64,000 nucleotides of DNA from Candidatus Omnitrophota bacterium (GCA_030674475.1 JAUSCZ010000017.1:110755-174754); one strand, 5' to 3'. Shown: positions 19,471 to 30,427, counted from the first letter of the stretch. Numbers and translations: made by a program. Notes: a model not told the origin generated them from the sequence alone.

Positions 19471-20977
19471 ATTGATTTATTCCGGCTCTTAGCAAATAAA
19501 AATAATCGGTAATCTATGGCAAAAGAGAATATTTTATGTTTCCATCTCCAGCGCGCGATTACGGATAAAATCATAAACGCCGCGACAAACAAGGCTTTCT
19601 TAATCCGTGATTTTATCCGCTCTTTAACCCATCCAATCGTATCCGAATCCAAGAACATAAATATATAACTGGACAACATCGGGACAAAAAACTCCTGTTT
19701 GCGGGTAATCCAAGGGGTATGTCCTTCATATAAGCTGAAATTTCCCCATTCCTCCAGGCTCCGGGGCTCTTTAAAACCAAGCCTGAGCGCCTCTTGATAC
19801 AATGGCGTCCCGGGATAAGGGCAATAAATAAACATTAAGCCCCGGTGCCGGCTGTCCAAAGAAAGCAATTTATCGAACATATCCACCGTCAACTTAATCT
19901 GTTCGTCTGTTTTACGGGCAATCTCAGTGAAACTAAGATTAGCTATAGGCAATCCGACTAAGGTGGAAAATACCACTTTAATCCCATACTCATGGCATTT
20001 TTGAGCGAATTTTATGGTATCCTCAACAGTAATATCCTTATTAATAATCTTAAGGGCATCCTCATCCCCCGACTCCGCTCCGGTCAGGATACTGTAACAG
20101 CGGGTGGCCGCATAAGATCCCAGAGTTCATCATCAGCCTCAGCCAATTGCTTAGTCCTGCCGTCTATATTGCCCAGTCTGAGTGTCAGCCCCCGTTCCAG
20201 AATCCCTTTTAAAATCCCCTTGGCCCTCTTTATATCCACAAAGAAATTACTGTCATACATAGAGATACCGTTAACCTTAAATACTTTCTCCAGCCGCTCT
20301 AAATCCCGCACCACCGCCTCGGCATTCAAACCTACCCACCTTCTCTGATTGACCGTCTGCTCACAACAGAATCCGCAGCGATAGGGGCAGCCGTAGCTGG
20401 AGACATAATTAACTGTCCGGCCGCCGAACTCCGTCTCAATCAAACACTTCTCCACATCCACCAAATGATATGGAATCGCCGGCATGCCGTCCAAAGCCAT
20501 CAGCGGTCGGTCAGGATTAGAAAAGACGCGCCCGTTTTCTTTCCAATGCACTCCCGGAATACTTTCATAATTCTTTCCGGATTCTATTCTCTTTACTACC
20601 TCATAAAACGCTATCTCCCCCTGCCCCTTGACTACTATATCAATATACGGATTCTCCATGACCTGTTTTGGATACAACGAGGGATGCCAGCCTCCCCATA
20701 TAACCTTAATATCCTTGTTGGCTTCCTTGGCTATCCGGCTGGCCTTTATCCCGTCATAAATCTGATGACCGGTCATTGAAGAAACGCCAAAGACAAAGGC
20801 ATCTTTTGCCTCCCGGGCAATAATCTCAAAGTGATTATCATAGAGATTCTCGCTGATTATTTGAATAGGATAACCATCTTTATCCAGAAAACGGGAAACG
20901 CATAATAATGATAACGGTATGTCTACCGGCTTTAAATGCGGATTAGGCCGGGGATTGTATAGTATAATTTTTCTCAT
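19467..20977 (-). pseudogene. B12-binding radical SAM paralog with a single frameshift between the DDELWDLMR segment and the GAESG motif.
   Basis: ORF 20084..20977 has VIWGGWHPS, SSYGCPYRCGFC and DDELWDLMR, then stops. The out-of-frame continuation ...SILTGAESGDEDALKIINKDITVED... leads into ORF 19467..19976 (YCPYPGTPLY). Confidence 0.55.
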
Positions 20978-21008
20978 CTCAACTTAGTTTCTATGATCCA
21001 TCTTCGCG

Positions 21009-22745
21009 CTATTTTAAGATATTAAGGTCAAACCATAATTCAAACACCAATAGCCTCCAGAGCAGGATTTTATTCTCTAACTCCCGGAGACCGCTTCGCG
21101 GAATAAACAAAGTCCTGATTTTTTCTAACCCTAAGGCGCAGGCTGAAAAACTGTCTTCGCGCAGTAAAATGTCTTCGGCGTATTTCTTAAGCTCTCCGTT
21201 CAACCATTTAGTTATGGGGACCAGGAAGCCGCGTTTTTTCCGGTTTACGATTTCCGAAGGCAGTTTGTTCTCCATAAATTTTCTTAATATATATTTATTA
21301 GTTAAACCCCTCATTTTAAACCCCGCCGGCAAAGCCGCGGCAAATTCTATCAGTTTATGGTCCAAAAACGGGGCCCGTGCCTCCAGGGAATGGGCCATAG
21401 TCATTTTATCCACCTTCATCAGAAGGCAATTGGGCAGGAGATTTTCTAACTCAAAAAACATCATCCGGGATAAGAAATCCCGCCTGCCGCCTTTTAAGTT
21501 AAAACGCTCCTTAAATTCCTTATAGATATCCGGCTGATTTTTCTTCCTGCGGTAAAAAGTATTCAGATAAAAATAAAGGCGGTTCTTAATTGCTCCGGGG
21601 ATAAGCGCAAAACCAGGGCTGGAGAGACGATGCCAGGAATATCCGGCAAATAACTCATCCGCTCCCTCTCCCACCAGAATAACTTTAACATATTGTTTAA
21701 CCACCTCCGCTATCATATAAGTAGCAAAAGCCCCGCCGTCGGCAATAGGCTCATCCATATGCCAGACAATCTTCTTAAGGGTAAGAGCTAAATTAGCCGG
21801 CTTCACAATAAACTCCCGGTGTTCAGTATTAAACTCACCAGAAACTATCCGGGCATATTTAAACTCATCGCTTTCCTCACCGAAACCCGCGGAAAATGTC
21901 CTTATTGATTTTACCCCGCTCCCTGAGATCAAGGCCACGATACTGCTGGAGTCCAGGCCTCCGGAAAGCAAAACCCCCAAGGGGACATCGCTGACTAGCC
22001 TCAAGTTTGCGGACTCTTCCAGGAGATGACCCATCCGATCCATAGCCTTATCCGCGGAAATATCCCCTGTGGAATTGACAATCTTACGGATTGACCAATA
22101 TTCGCGCAGTTTAACCGTGCCATTTTCTGCTATCAGCATATTTCCCGGTGGAACCCGAAAAATATTCTTAACCGCGGTTTCAACCCCCGGGACATACTGA
22201 AAAGCCAGAAAAGAATAAAAACCCTCCATATTCACTTCCCTGGGAATCTCCCGACAGCACAAAAGCGATTTTAACTCCGAGGCAAAAATCAACCTCTCAC
22301 CGTTTTGCCAATAATAAAGCGGTTTCTTACCAATACGATCCCGACAGATAATCAGTCGTCTTTTATTACTATCCCAAAGCGCGAAGGCAAACATCCCTCT
22401 AAAATTATCCACACAAGATAGTCCGTTCTCCTCGTAAGAATGCAGAATAACCTCGCTGTCGGTATGGCTTCTAAAGATATGCCCTTTATTTTCCAACTCC
22501 GCCCGCAAATCCCGGAAGTTATAAATCTCGCCGTTAAAGGCCAGCCAAATAGTATTATCCTCATTAGCCATCGGCTGTCTTCCTTGAGGGCTTAAATCAA
22601 TGATGCTCAACCTCCTATGGCCCAAACTCACCCGCTCATCCTCATAAAAACCCGAATCATCCGGGCCGCGATGGACTAAAACCCCGGCCATTGCTTCCAA
22701 CAACGGCCTATCTTTCATACCATAAAAACCACAAATCCCGCACAC
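21009..22745 (-). CDS. asnB: Asparagine synthetase (glutamine-hydrolysing), AsnB-family amidotransferase.
   Basis: MCGICGF is the N-terminal nucleophile Cys. SGGLDSS is the PP-loop. Length is typical. Confidence 0.8.
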   Translation of the reverse strand: MCGICGFYGMKDRPLLEAMAGVLVHRGPDDSGFYEDERVSLGHRRLSIIDLSPQGRQPMANEDNTIWLAFNGEIYNFRDLRAELENKGHIFRSHTDSEVILHSYEENGLSCVDNFRGMFAFALWDSNKRRLIICRDRIGKKPLYYWQNGERLIFASELKSLLCCREIPREVNMEGFYSFLAFQYVPGVETAVKNIFRVPPGNMLIAENGTVKLREYWSIRKIVNSTGDISADKAMDRMGHLLEESANLRLVSDVPLGVLLSGGLDSSSIVALISGSGVKSIRTFSAGFGEESDEFKYARIVSGEFNTEHREFIVKPANLALTLKKIVWHMDEPIADGGAFATYMIAEVVKQYVKVILVGEGADELFAGYSWHRLSSPGFALIPGAIKNRLYFYLNTFYRRKKNQPDIYKEFKERFNLKGGRRDFLSRMMFFELENLLPNCLLMKVDKMTMAHSLEARAPFLDHKLIEFAAALPAGFKMRGLTNKYILRKFMENKLPSEIVNRKKRGFLVPITKWLNGELKKYAEDILLREDSFSACALGLEKIRTLFIPRSGLRELENKILLWRLLVFELWFDLNILK

Positions 22746-23909
22746 TTAATTTAACCTCTCCAATATTTGCCGGGCGGTTTTCTCCCAGTTGAATGCCTGG
22801 CTTACTTCTTGCGCCTGGAGAGAAATCCTCTCCCTCAAGCTATTATCCGAAAGCAGATCCAAAATCAATTTTGCCAGGCCATTAATATCGCCAATCTCAG
22901 CCTTAAGCATCCCGGCAGGATAAATCTCCGTATAAACCGGAAGCGCGTAAGCCACAACCGGCAGACCGCAGGCCATCCCTTCCGCGGCCGCCATTCCAAA
23001 ACTCTCATAGGTGCTTGGGAAAACCAGCAGTTTTGAAGACTTCAGGACCTGAAACTTGCTGATTCCGGATAAGAATCCCAGAAACTTAATGTTAGAGGAT
23101 AATCCTTCCTCCCGAACTCTCTTCTTCACCGCGTCCATATTAGTATCCGTGCCGATAATGGCTAAAAGCGCATCCGGCAGGTTAGCGCGGACTATTTTCC
23201 AGGCCTCTACAAGATCAAAAAATCCTTTTTGTTGATGAAATCTGCCTATATAGCAGGCGCTGAACTCTTCTTTTTGCTTAAGCGCGCTGTTTATAGCCGG
23301 CCAATCCACCGCCCCATAGGTCACTAAAACCTGCTCCGGAGAGAATCCCCGCTTCAGCAGGAATACCCGGTCTAAAGAGTTAGAAACCATAACCAGACTG
23401 ACATACCTGCGCATAAAAAATAAGACTAACCGCTGGCTAAGATAATAATATACGTTTTTAATCTCCGGGAAGATAACCCCGCCGGAAGATATCTTTCTAA
23501 AACCCTTGAACGGATTAGGCGCAATTAAATGCAGTCCGGATATCCATTTCAAAGAGGGTAACCTCAACTTACTATATAAGGCCGGGATACTGTCTGGAAG
23601 TAAATCAGAAGAAGAATAAATCACCCCTTCCCGGATCCCCTTTTCCTTCAGCTTGCGGAATAACATACCTGAGGTCTTAAATGCCCTCCAGAGATATACC
23701 CCGGCTATCAACACCACGCTCTTAACCAAACTCTTAGAAGTTATCCAGCATTCCAATCCTTCATATCTTTTCCGGCCAGACTCAGGGATAATCATAGTCA
23801 CCAGATGTCCGTAAGAAACGAATATCCTGGCCCAGGATAAGGCCCGCTGGTCAGAGCCGCTCATCCCTTGCGCGTTCAGCAAACCGTTATTAAGGATATA
23901 AAACTTCAC
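22746..23909 (-). CDS. GT4-family (GT-B) glycosyltransferase.
   Basis: The C-terminal motif FPSTYESFGMAAAEGMACGLPVVA matches the GT4 E-x7-E region. Confidence 0.7.
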   Translation of the reverse strand: MKFYILNNGLLNAQGMSGSDQRALSWARIFVSYGHLVTMIIPESGRKRYEGLECWITSKSLVKSVVLIAGVYLWRAFKTSGMLFRKLKEKGIREGVIYSSSDLLPDSIPALYSKLRLPSLKWISGLHLIAPNPFKGFRKISSGGVIFPEIKNVYYYLSQRLVLFFMRRYVSLVMVSNSLDRVFLLKRGFSPEQVLVTYGAVDWPAINSALKQKEEFSACYIGRFHQQKGFFDLVEAWKIVRANLPDALLAIIGTDTNMDAVKKRVREEGLSSNIKFLGFLSGISKFQVLKSSKLLVFPSTYESFGMAAAEGMACGLPVVAYALPVYTEIYPAGMLKAEIGDINGLAKLILDLLSDNSLRERISLQAQEVSQAFNWEKTARQILERLN

Positions 23910-25419
23910 TTTTGTATATCTTGGCCCGGATTTTTCCGGCCAGCAGGGTCTTTAAATAAAACAACTCGTTATGAATTACCGTAAAGAAAACAAAACCCGT
24001 TCCCGCGCGGATATTCAAGATGAATTTAACTAATAAAATCACTGCCGAAGGCAGCCCTAATAACATTCTCCTAAAAATATTATCTTCTATTATCTTAGCG
24101 GCAAAACGCTGCGGCAAAATCGGCAATATCGTAAATAACAAGGCATAGCGGCGATAGTCTCCGCGGGAATCCAATTGAATATTGATATAATTGGCGGCTA
24201 AGCCGCGGTTGATTAAATCCCGGGAATCCTCCCTAAGCGCCCCGGCCCTTATGCCGTGTTCTATAATCTTTGTATTCGGGAAATAAGCCAGGTTGAAAGA
24301 ATGTATCATATTTGGGCGCAATTCATTATAAAAACTAAAGGATTCCTTAATCGTGTCCGGGGTATCAAAAGGGATATTCAGAATATTATCCAGGGAGAAT
24401 TTAAGTTTTGATTCCTTGAGGAATCCTACCGCCTTACGGTATTCCTCATTGCTCTCCGGACGATCCAATATCTCCCGGCGGATCCGTTCACAGCCGGACT
24501 GCAGGCCCAACAATACCAGGTTACAATAAGACAATTTAAGCAGACTACAAGTCTCCTTATCCAAAAAACGCGTATGGGTAAGACAGCTATACGGCAGGTG
24601 GATATCCCTGGCATAACTCAAAGCGAAATCCGCCAGCCAATCCTTATTAAAAGTGAATAAATCATCCATAAATAATATATACTTCGGCGCATATCTTGAT
24701 TTTATCTCTTTAAGCTCGGCAATCACGCTATGCGGGCTTCTGCGCCTTAAATAACTTCCCTTATCCTTATACACCTGGGATATGGCATTATTGGCACAAT
24801 AAGCGCAGCGGTAAGGGCAGCCGTAGCTGGTAAGCATAATCGGATACTTGCTATAGGAACGCGGCAGTTGGGCGTATAAAGACCACCTGTCCGGAAAAGG
24901 GAGAGCATCCAAATCTTGAGTTAAAAGCCGGATCTCATTTCTGATAACCCTGCCTGATTCCTTAAACCAGATATTCCTTATGGTGTAGTTCCTATTTTTG
25001 TCCTTTAGCCCCCGCAATAACTCTAACAGCGGACCCTCGCCTTCCCCCACGCAGACCATATCAACCGCGGATTCTTTAATCACCACTTCCGGAACCAGGG
25101 TCGCGTGGATCCCTCCGAAGATAACCGGCACATCCATATTCCTCTTGATTTCTCCGGCCATTCCCAAAGCCCACTGATAATTGGAAGTAAAAACTGAAAA
25201 TCCGATAATATCCGGAGAAAACTCTTTTAGCCGGCTAAGAATCAAACCTCGCCGACTAAAGAGTTCCGATAAATATTTATTATTCGCGTAGGCCTTGCCG
25301 AATTGCTTAGGGTCAAAAATAACCTTGACCTCATGCCCGTTTTTCTTCAAAAACGCCGACAGGCAGGCCACGCTCAAAGAAAAATCTTCCGCGCAAAGTA
25401 AGGCTAATTTCATAATCAA
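23890..25419 (-). CDS. B12-binding (class B) radical SAM protein.
   Basis: Motifs IFGGIHAT, TSYGCPYRCAYCAN, GLQSGC and YFPNT are present. Confidence 0.7.
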   Translation of the reverse strand: MIMKLALLCAEDFSLSVACLSAFLKKNGHEVKVIFDPKQFGKAYANNKYLSELFSRRGLILSRLKEFSPDIIGFSVFTSNYQWALGMAGEIKRNMDVPVIFGGIHATLVPEVVIKESAVDMVCVGEGEGPLLELLRGLKDKNRNYTIRNIWFKESGRVIRNEIRLLTQDLDALPFPDRWSLYAQLPRSYSKYPIMLTSYGCPYRCAYCANNAISQVYKDKGSYLRRRSPHSVIAELKEIKSRYAPKYILFMDDLFTFNKDWLADFALSYARDIHLPYSCLTHTRFLDKETCSLLKLSYCNLVLLGLQSGCERIRREILDRPESNEEYRKAVGFLKESKLKFSLDNILNIPFDTPDTIKESFSFYNELRPNMIHSFNLAYFPNTKIIEHGIRAGALREDSRDLINRGLAANYINIQLDSRGDYRRYALLFTILPILPQRFAAKIIEDNIFRRMLLGLPSAVILLVKFILNIRAGTGFVFFTVIHNELFYLKTLLAGKIRAKIYKSEVLYP

Positions 25420-25420
25420 T

Positions 25421-26533
25421 CTACAACCGGTTTAACAATGTCTTTTTATTCAGATTTCTTAATATAGTCATCTTATCTCTGCTCTTTAATATCCAGCGCG
25501 CCACATCCCAGGGAGCCACAATCGCCGAAGAGCTCACCTCGCATTCACACCAACACTTGCAGCTATTAAGCTTCTTGCGCAGTTCCCAGGCCTGCCGGTT
25601 AATTACCATGTCCCTAAAGGCCTTACCCTTGATATTACCAAAAGCCTCATTCCTCAAGATGCAGGGATGCACCTCGCCATAAGGATCAATCACATACGAG
25701 GTATATCCGGAATAACAAGGAAGCGCGCGCTTTGACTCACCGGTTATTTGCCGGCGCAGGTTATCCATAAAGTAATGATACTGAAAATCACGCAGTTCTT
25801 CGGTAATCACCTTAAGCTGTTCCTGGGTAAACTGTTTTTTCCTATCCGGGTTGCCGAAATACTCGCAATTCTCGGCCATAAAACAAGAGAATTCACAGCC
25901 CATGGCCTCCACCTGCTTAGCCACTTCTCTGATCTTATTAAAATTAACCGGGGTTAAGGTCATCCCGCAGGTAATTCCGCTTATGCCCAGCTCCTTAGCA
26001 TATTGAATAGTGGTAAGAGCTTTAGTATACGCGTCTTTAATTCCCCTTACTTCGTTATGTACATCTCCTATCCCATCCAAAGATACCGCTATCTTAAAAT
26101 TAGGGTAGAAACTTAATATCTCCCGCATCTTAGCCCTTATTATATCCGGCAGCAGGCCATTAGTCTGCACACCCATATCCACCCAGGGCAATTGCGAATG
26201 CACCACCTTGATTATTTCCACTATGTCTTTTCTTAAAAAGGCCTCTCCGCCGGTAAACCCGATACTCTTAATATCCGATAAAAACTCTTTATTTCGTTTA
26301 ACAAAACCGGTAATATCGTTAAGAGTAAGCTCATCAGCAATATTTTTCTTAAACCTATCGCTATCTTTATCGTATTTTTGCCAAATATCGCACATAATGC
26401 ATTTAGAATTACACATATAGGTCACAATGAAATTTATAAACAGCGGCTTTACCGGCTTCTTAAGACCACGGCTTAGCTTATAGCCCAAGGAAGAAAATAG
26501 GCGTCTTTTGGCCAACATAAACAACTTTATCAT
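25421..26533 (-). CDS. Radical SAM protein with a C-terminal Cys-rich SPASM/twitch-like domain.
   Basis: The CxxxCxxC cluster is VTYMCNSKCIMCDIW. Further cysteines lie at the C-terminus (PCYSG...HPC...SCKCWCEC). Confidence 0.65.
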   Translation of the reverse strand: MIKLFMLAKRRLFSSLGYKLSRGLKKPVKPLFINFIVTYMCNSKCIMCDIWQKYDKDSDRFKKNIADELTLNDITGFVKRNKEFLSDIKSIGFTGGEAFLRKDIVEIIKVVHSQLPWVDMGVQTNGLLPDIIRAKMREILSFYPNFKIAVSLDGIGDVHNEVRGIKDAYTKALTTIQYAKELGISGITCGMTLTPVNFNKIREVAKQVEAMGCEFSCFMAENCEYFGNPDRKKQFTQEQLKVITEELRDFQYHYFMDNLRRQITGESKRALPCYSGYTSYVIDPYGEVHPCILRNEAFGNIKGKAFRDMVINRQAWELRKKLNSCKCWCECEVSSSAIVAPWDVARWILKSRDKMTILRNLNKKTLLNRL

Positions 26534-26544
26534 ATCTGCTTTTC

Positions 26545-27375
26545 CTATTCTTTAATTGCCTTTACTAAAATTGCCGCGCAAGACCTTTCTTTAGACTGTG
26601 AATCATTGCCTCTGTCAATAATCTCTAAAATCCGATAACCCAGGCGGATCAACTTGGACTGTTTATCTTTCGCGGCGGAGAATTTATCCGAGGTATTACT
26701 CATACCTTTCGGCAACACCCCGCTTAAAAGCAATTTCTTTAAACCGTACAGGATAATATGATTAAAAGGCACGCAGTAATGGGTCAAAAACTCCGCGGCC
26801 TTAACCTTGAATCCGGCCTGCCGGATTAAGGCCTCAATTTCCTCCCTATAATAAAGCCGAAGATGCATATTCCATATCCCGGCCCAGAATCCTGATTTTA
26901 TGTGTTTGTCCAGACAACGCTCAAGCATCCAGTTGAGCGGATCCCATAAAAACGGATAGTTATGATTGGGCACCGTAATAATAAGCATGCCTTCCGGCTT
27001 AAGTATCCTTAATATTTCCTTGAGAGCGCCGAGATCATCTTCAACATGCTCCAGTACTTCCGTAGAAAATATCTTACTGAAGGAATTATCCTTATATGGC
27101 AAGGCCCCTATGCGGCCTTGGACCAGAGGCACGCCCATATCCTTCGTATACCCCTGGGCCAGTCTTAAAGACCCTCCATTTAAATCAAAACCGAAAATAG
27201 CGACCCCGAAGAGTTCCTTTATTGTCTTTAAATATAATCCGTCGCCACAGCCACAATCAAGTATAGAATCAAAAAGACTTATATTCAAACCCTTAACAAT
27301 ACTCAACACCCTTCTTTTAAGAGCCATATCCCCGATATTCGCGGTCAAGGATCCCAGTTTTTTAAGATCTGTCAT
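26545..27375 (-). CDS. Class I SAM-dependent methyltransferase.
   Basis: Motif I is ILDCGCGDGLYL. The post-I acidic residue is GFDLN. Confidence 0.7.
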   Translation of the reverse strand: MTDLKKLGSLTANIGDMALKRRVLSIVKGLNISLFDSILDCGCGDGLYLKTIKELFGVAIFGFDLNGGSLRLAQGYTKDMGVPLVQGRIGALPYKDNSFSKIFSTEVLEHVEDDLGALKEILRILKPEGMLIITVPNHNYPFLWDPLNWMLERCLDKHIKSGFWAGIWNMHLRLYYREEIEALIRQAGFKVKAAEFLTHYCVPFNHIILYGLKKLLLSGVLPKGMSNTSDKFSAAKDKQSKLIRLGYRILEIIDRGNDSQSKERSCAAILVKAIKE

Positions 27376-27380
27376 TTGGT

Positions 27381-28532
27381 TTATCTTGAAATATAAGCAT
27401 CCGTGATAATCCGGGCATTAGCCACTCCGAACCTCTTTAAAGCGTAAGCGCGACAATTATCTTTAAGTGCCTTCAATTTTTCCCGATCATAGAACAATTT
27501 CAGTATGGCAGACTTAAAGGCTTGGACATCCGGCTCAACCAGCACACCCACAGTCTCATCCACCGCCTCCGGGATGCCTCCTCTATCAGAAGCAACTACC
27601 GGTGTTCCGCAAGACAAAGACTCCAATATGACCCTACCAAAACCTTCATCATATTTAGACGGAACGCATACAATATCAGCGGCGGAATAACAAGCCGGCA
27701 AGTCCTTATTATCAACTTTCCCTAGGTACTTAACATTAATCAGCCCTATTGAAGCCTTTCTTACGATTCCCTCAAATGGCCCGTCCCCGGCAAAAACAAA
27801 AGCAATATCTTCCCTAATCTGCTCTGCCGCCTCAAGGAGGATATCCGCCCCTTTCTTTTCAATTAATCTTCCCGCGAAAAAAACAGTAAATTTATCCGGC
27901 CAGCCTAAGCTATTTCTCGCCGCTTCCCGCAAAATAGGAAAAAAACGCCGCTGGTCAACCCAATAGGTATAAACGCCAATAAGTTTATCCTTCAAGCCGA
28001 TTCTGACTAATTCTTCTTTAGAGGCTGATGATAATGTAAGCACCTTCCCGGCGCCAGATAGCGTCCATTTAATTAACTTGGACAGCCTTGAAAAAGGTTT
28101 AAGATTATATATGGCGTGTATGCTGACCACCAGCCTTTTAGAAAAAAGCGGCGACAGAAGACGGCCGATAAAAGCGGCATTAAACCCCTGGGCGTGGATT
28201 ACAGTTATGCTCCGGCCGCGAACTAACAATAAAATAAAGGCATTAAGAAATAACAGTGGGGTAAGATATAGAAACTCCAGTATGGGATAAGGTTCTAACT
28301 TATGGAATAAATTATACCCTGCCCAGGGTATTCTTATTATCCTTAAACAACCGTTATTCTCAAATACCGGAGCTTTGGCTTTCGTGGTAAGCGGCTGATA
28401 AGTTAAAACAAAGATTTTATATTCACTGGCTGAGCGCAGATAATCAGTCAGATCCTTTAAGTGGGTCTCAACGCCTCCGGTATTAGGCTCATAAAAAGGG
28501 GTTAAAATCAGTATCCCGGTTTCTTTAGACAT
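27381..28532 (-). CDS. GT4/GT1-family (GT-B) glycosyltransferase.
   Basis: The C-terminal region is VPSKYDEGFGRVILESLSCGTPVVAS. Confidence 0.65.
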   Translation of the reverse strand: MSKETGILILTPFYEPNTGGVETHLKDLTDYLRSASEYKIFVLTYQPLTTKAKAPVFENNGCLRIIRIPWAGYNLFHKLEPYPILEFLYLTPLLFLNAFILLLVRGRSITVIHAQGFNAAFIGRLLSPLFSKRLVVSIHAIYNLKPFSRLSKLIKWTLSGAGKVLTLSSASKEELVRIGLKDKLIGVYTYWVDQRRFFPILREAARNSLGWPDKFTVFFAGRLIEKKGADILLEAAEQIREDIAFVFAGDGPFEGIVRKASIGLINVKYLGKVDNKDLPACYSAADIVCVPSKYDEGFGRVILESLSCGTPVVASDRGGIPEAVDETVGVLVEPDVQAFKSAILKLFYDREKLKALKDNCRAYALKRFGVANARIITDAYISR

Positions 28533-29428
28533 AACCTTACGGGCTGACTTCCAACTCCCGCTCCAGGATTAAACACGTAAGCCAATCCTACCGACAAACG
28601 CAAGAAATACATCGCCAGAGCTAACAATGGACGCGAGAATAAACGCCGGGATTTACCTTTTTCCATAAAAACCCCAAAATACCGGTAGCCCATCCCCATT
28701 TGTCTTTTTATTATCCTGTCCTGCTTGCCCCATTTACGCGCGTAACGCTCAAAATCCCGGGTGTAATAAAGTTTTTTCTCCATATATTTTTTTAAATCGA
28801 AATTATCTTCATTATGATAAAGGCAGGAGTTAATTACCGCTGTTTCTCCAGCAGAGCTTATCCTGCGGTCAAAATCCCAGTCCTCGGGACCGGTGAGGGC
28901 TTCATCAAAACCTCCGATTTCCTGAAACTTGCCTTTCCTTACAAACCTCACCGCGTCAATGCAGGTGGCGTTGTAGAAACCGCGCTCAAAATCTCTTACC
29001 TTTATCCAGAAACCCTCGCCGACGATTCTTTCGGGGATATACAAAGCAATATAATTGCCGGATTCACACTTATCCACACACTCCTTAATAACATCCGGGG
29101 ATAAGACCATATCCGAATCAAGATAAAGGATATATTTCCCTTTTGCCTGCCTGACTCCAAAATTACGCTGCGCGGAACGCTCCGGGCCAAAATTAAATAC
29201 TTTATCTGTATATTTAAATGCGCTTTCTTTTGTCTTATCTTGTGAATTATTATCTACTACAATTATCTCTATTTTATCCCGCGGGTAGCTTTGTTTTCTA
29301 ATTGAATTCAAGCATTCCGTGATATTTTTTTCTTCATTTCTGGTAGTAACTATCACGGAAATATCAATGGGAACCATCTTGATTGTTAAGAGAGGGGTAG
29401 AATGTGCTTTATATGCCTTATCCGTCAA
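28508..29428 (-). CDS. GT2-family glycosyltransferase.
   Basis: Motifs ISVIVTTRNEEKNI and YLDSDM (DxD) are present. The true start may be the internal Met (MVPIDIS). Confidence 0.65.
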   Translation of the reverse strand: MTDKAYKAHSTPLLTIKMVPIDISVIVTTRNEEKNITECLNSIRKQSYPRDKIEIIVVDNNSQDKTKESAFKYTDKVFNFGPERSAQRNFGVRQAKGKYILYLDSDMVLSPDVIKECVDKCESGNYIALYIPERIVGEGFWIKVRDFERGFYNATCIDAVRFVRKGKFQEIGGFDEALTGPEDWDFDRRISSAGETAVINSCLYHNEDNFDLKKYMEKKLYYTRDFERYARKWGKQDRIIKRQMGMGYRYFGVFMEKGKSRRLFSRPLLALAMYFLRLSVGLAYVFNPGAGVGSQPVRLCLKKPGY

Positions 29429-29500
29429 AGCCTGTACTCGGAATCCTCAAGGGCAATTCGCCGGACAATTCCGTGAACCTGGTAGCCTTTTTCTAATATG

Positions 29501-29555
29501 ATAAACCCTATTCACCCCCGAGAAACAGTAAAAACTGCACATCGGGGGTGTTTAA
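29501..29555. repeat. Copy 1 of a 55-bp palindromic hairpin element (CACCCCCGAG-loop-CTCGGGGGTG), terminator-like.
   Basis: It is nearly identical to 33052-33106. It lies immediately 3' of the stop codon of ORF 29560..30030. Confidence 0.45.
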
Positions 29556-29559
29556 GGGT

Positions 29560-30030
29560 TCATTTAGACTTCTCTTCCCGTTCCAGAATTTTCTCTAACA
29601 GTTTTTTTATCAACGCGCGCTGGGTGGCGAACATAGTGATCGCTTCCCAGCGAAAGTTTAGGTAGCGATGCGCGAGACGATTTCTCTGTAGAGCTAATTT
29701 AGCTAAATTTTCCTGTTCTTCATTAGAAAAACCCAGCTTTTTGGCGGATGCGCTGAGAACCTGGACATAACTTTCTGTAGAGATGCCTTCCTGAGTAAGC
29801 AATGTGCCGCATACCTCAATAAGGGCGGTAAGGATATTTTCCACCGTCCGGTCCATCAACTTCTGCAATTTTCTATCTTCAAGATAGTCTGTCCGGCTCT
29901 TAGGCGAGTAATCCTGCTCAAACTCTTTTAATTCCGCCATAATAAATTGCAAAGATTCCGCGATCCTTCCTTGCGCGTATTTAAATTCAGCCATAGAACA
30001 CCTCCCGCATAATTTTTCTGGAGACATCAT
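29560..30030 (-). CDS. HEPN-domain protein (HepT-like toxin of the HepT/MntA pair).
   Basis: The Rx4-6H motif is QRNRLAHRY. It overlaps the upstream MNT gene by 44 bp. Confidence 0.6.
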   Translation of the reverse strand: MMSPEKLCGRCSMAEFKYAQGRIAESLQFIMAELKEFEQDYSPKSRTDYLEDRKLQKLMDRTVENILTALIEVCGTLLTQEGISTESYVQVLSASAKKLGFSNEEQENLAKLALQRNRLAHRYLNFRWEAITMFATQRALIKKLLEKILEREEKSK

Positions 30031-30427
30031 TCTGCCACTTAACCCCGAAAATCCGGAAATCTTCCATTTGAAAAAGTGCCTCCAGCCTCAGGCTCAGGAA
30101 TTTATCATTGTCTTTTATGTATAAAGGCAACCCAAAGATTATTATATTATAGTATAGCATCGGATGGTCAAAATCAGGATTAATATTGACGATATTAACT
30201 TCTTTCTTCAGCTCCGGGGTTAGCTTATATGAAATATCGGTAATCAAAGAGTGAATCTTAAAAAGATCCTTAACTCTTTGGCCAAAAAGTATTCCCAAGT
30301 CAATATCCGATTCTATCTTAGGATATCCACCCGCGAATGAGCCATACAAAAAAACCATCTCTAGATCAAACTGCTCCGCCTTTTCCAGAAAAAAAGCGCT
30401 TAGTTTAGAAACAATAAAATCTTTCAT
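29987..30427 (-). CDS. Minimal nucleotidyltransferase (MntA-like antitoxin).
   Basis: The motif is LYGSFAGGYPKIESDIDLGI (GS...DxD). Confidence 0.65.
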   Translation of the reverse strand: MKDFIVSKLSAFFLEKAEQFDLEMVFLYGSFAGGYPKIESDIDLGILFGQRVKDLFKIHSLITDISYKLTPELKKEVNIVNINPDFDHPMLYYNIIIFGLPLYIKDNDKFLSLRLEALFQMEDFRIFGVKWQNDVSRKIMREVFYG

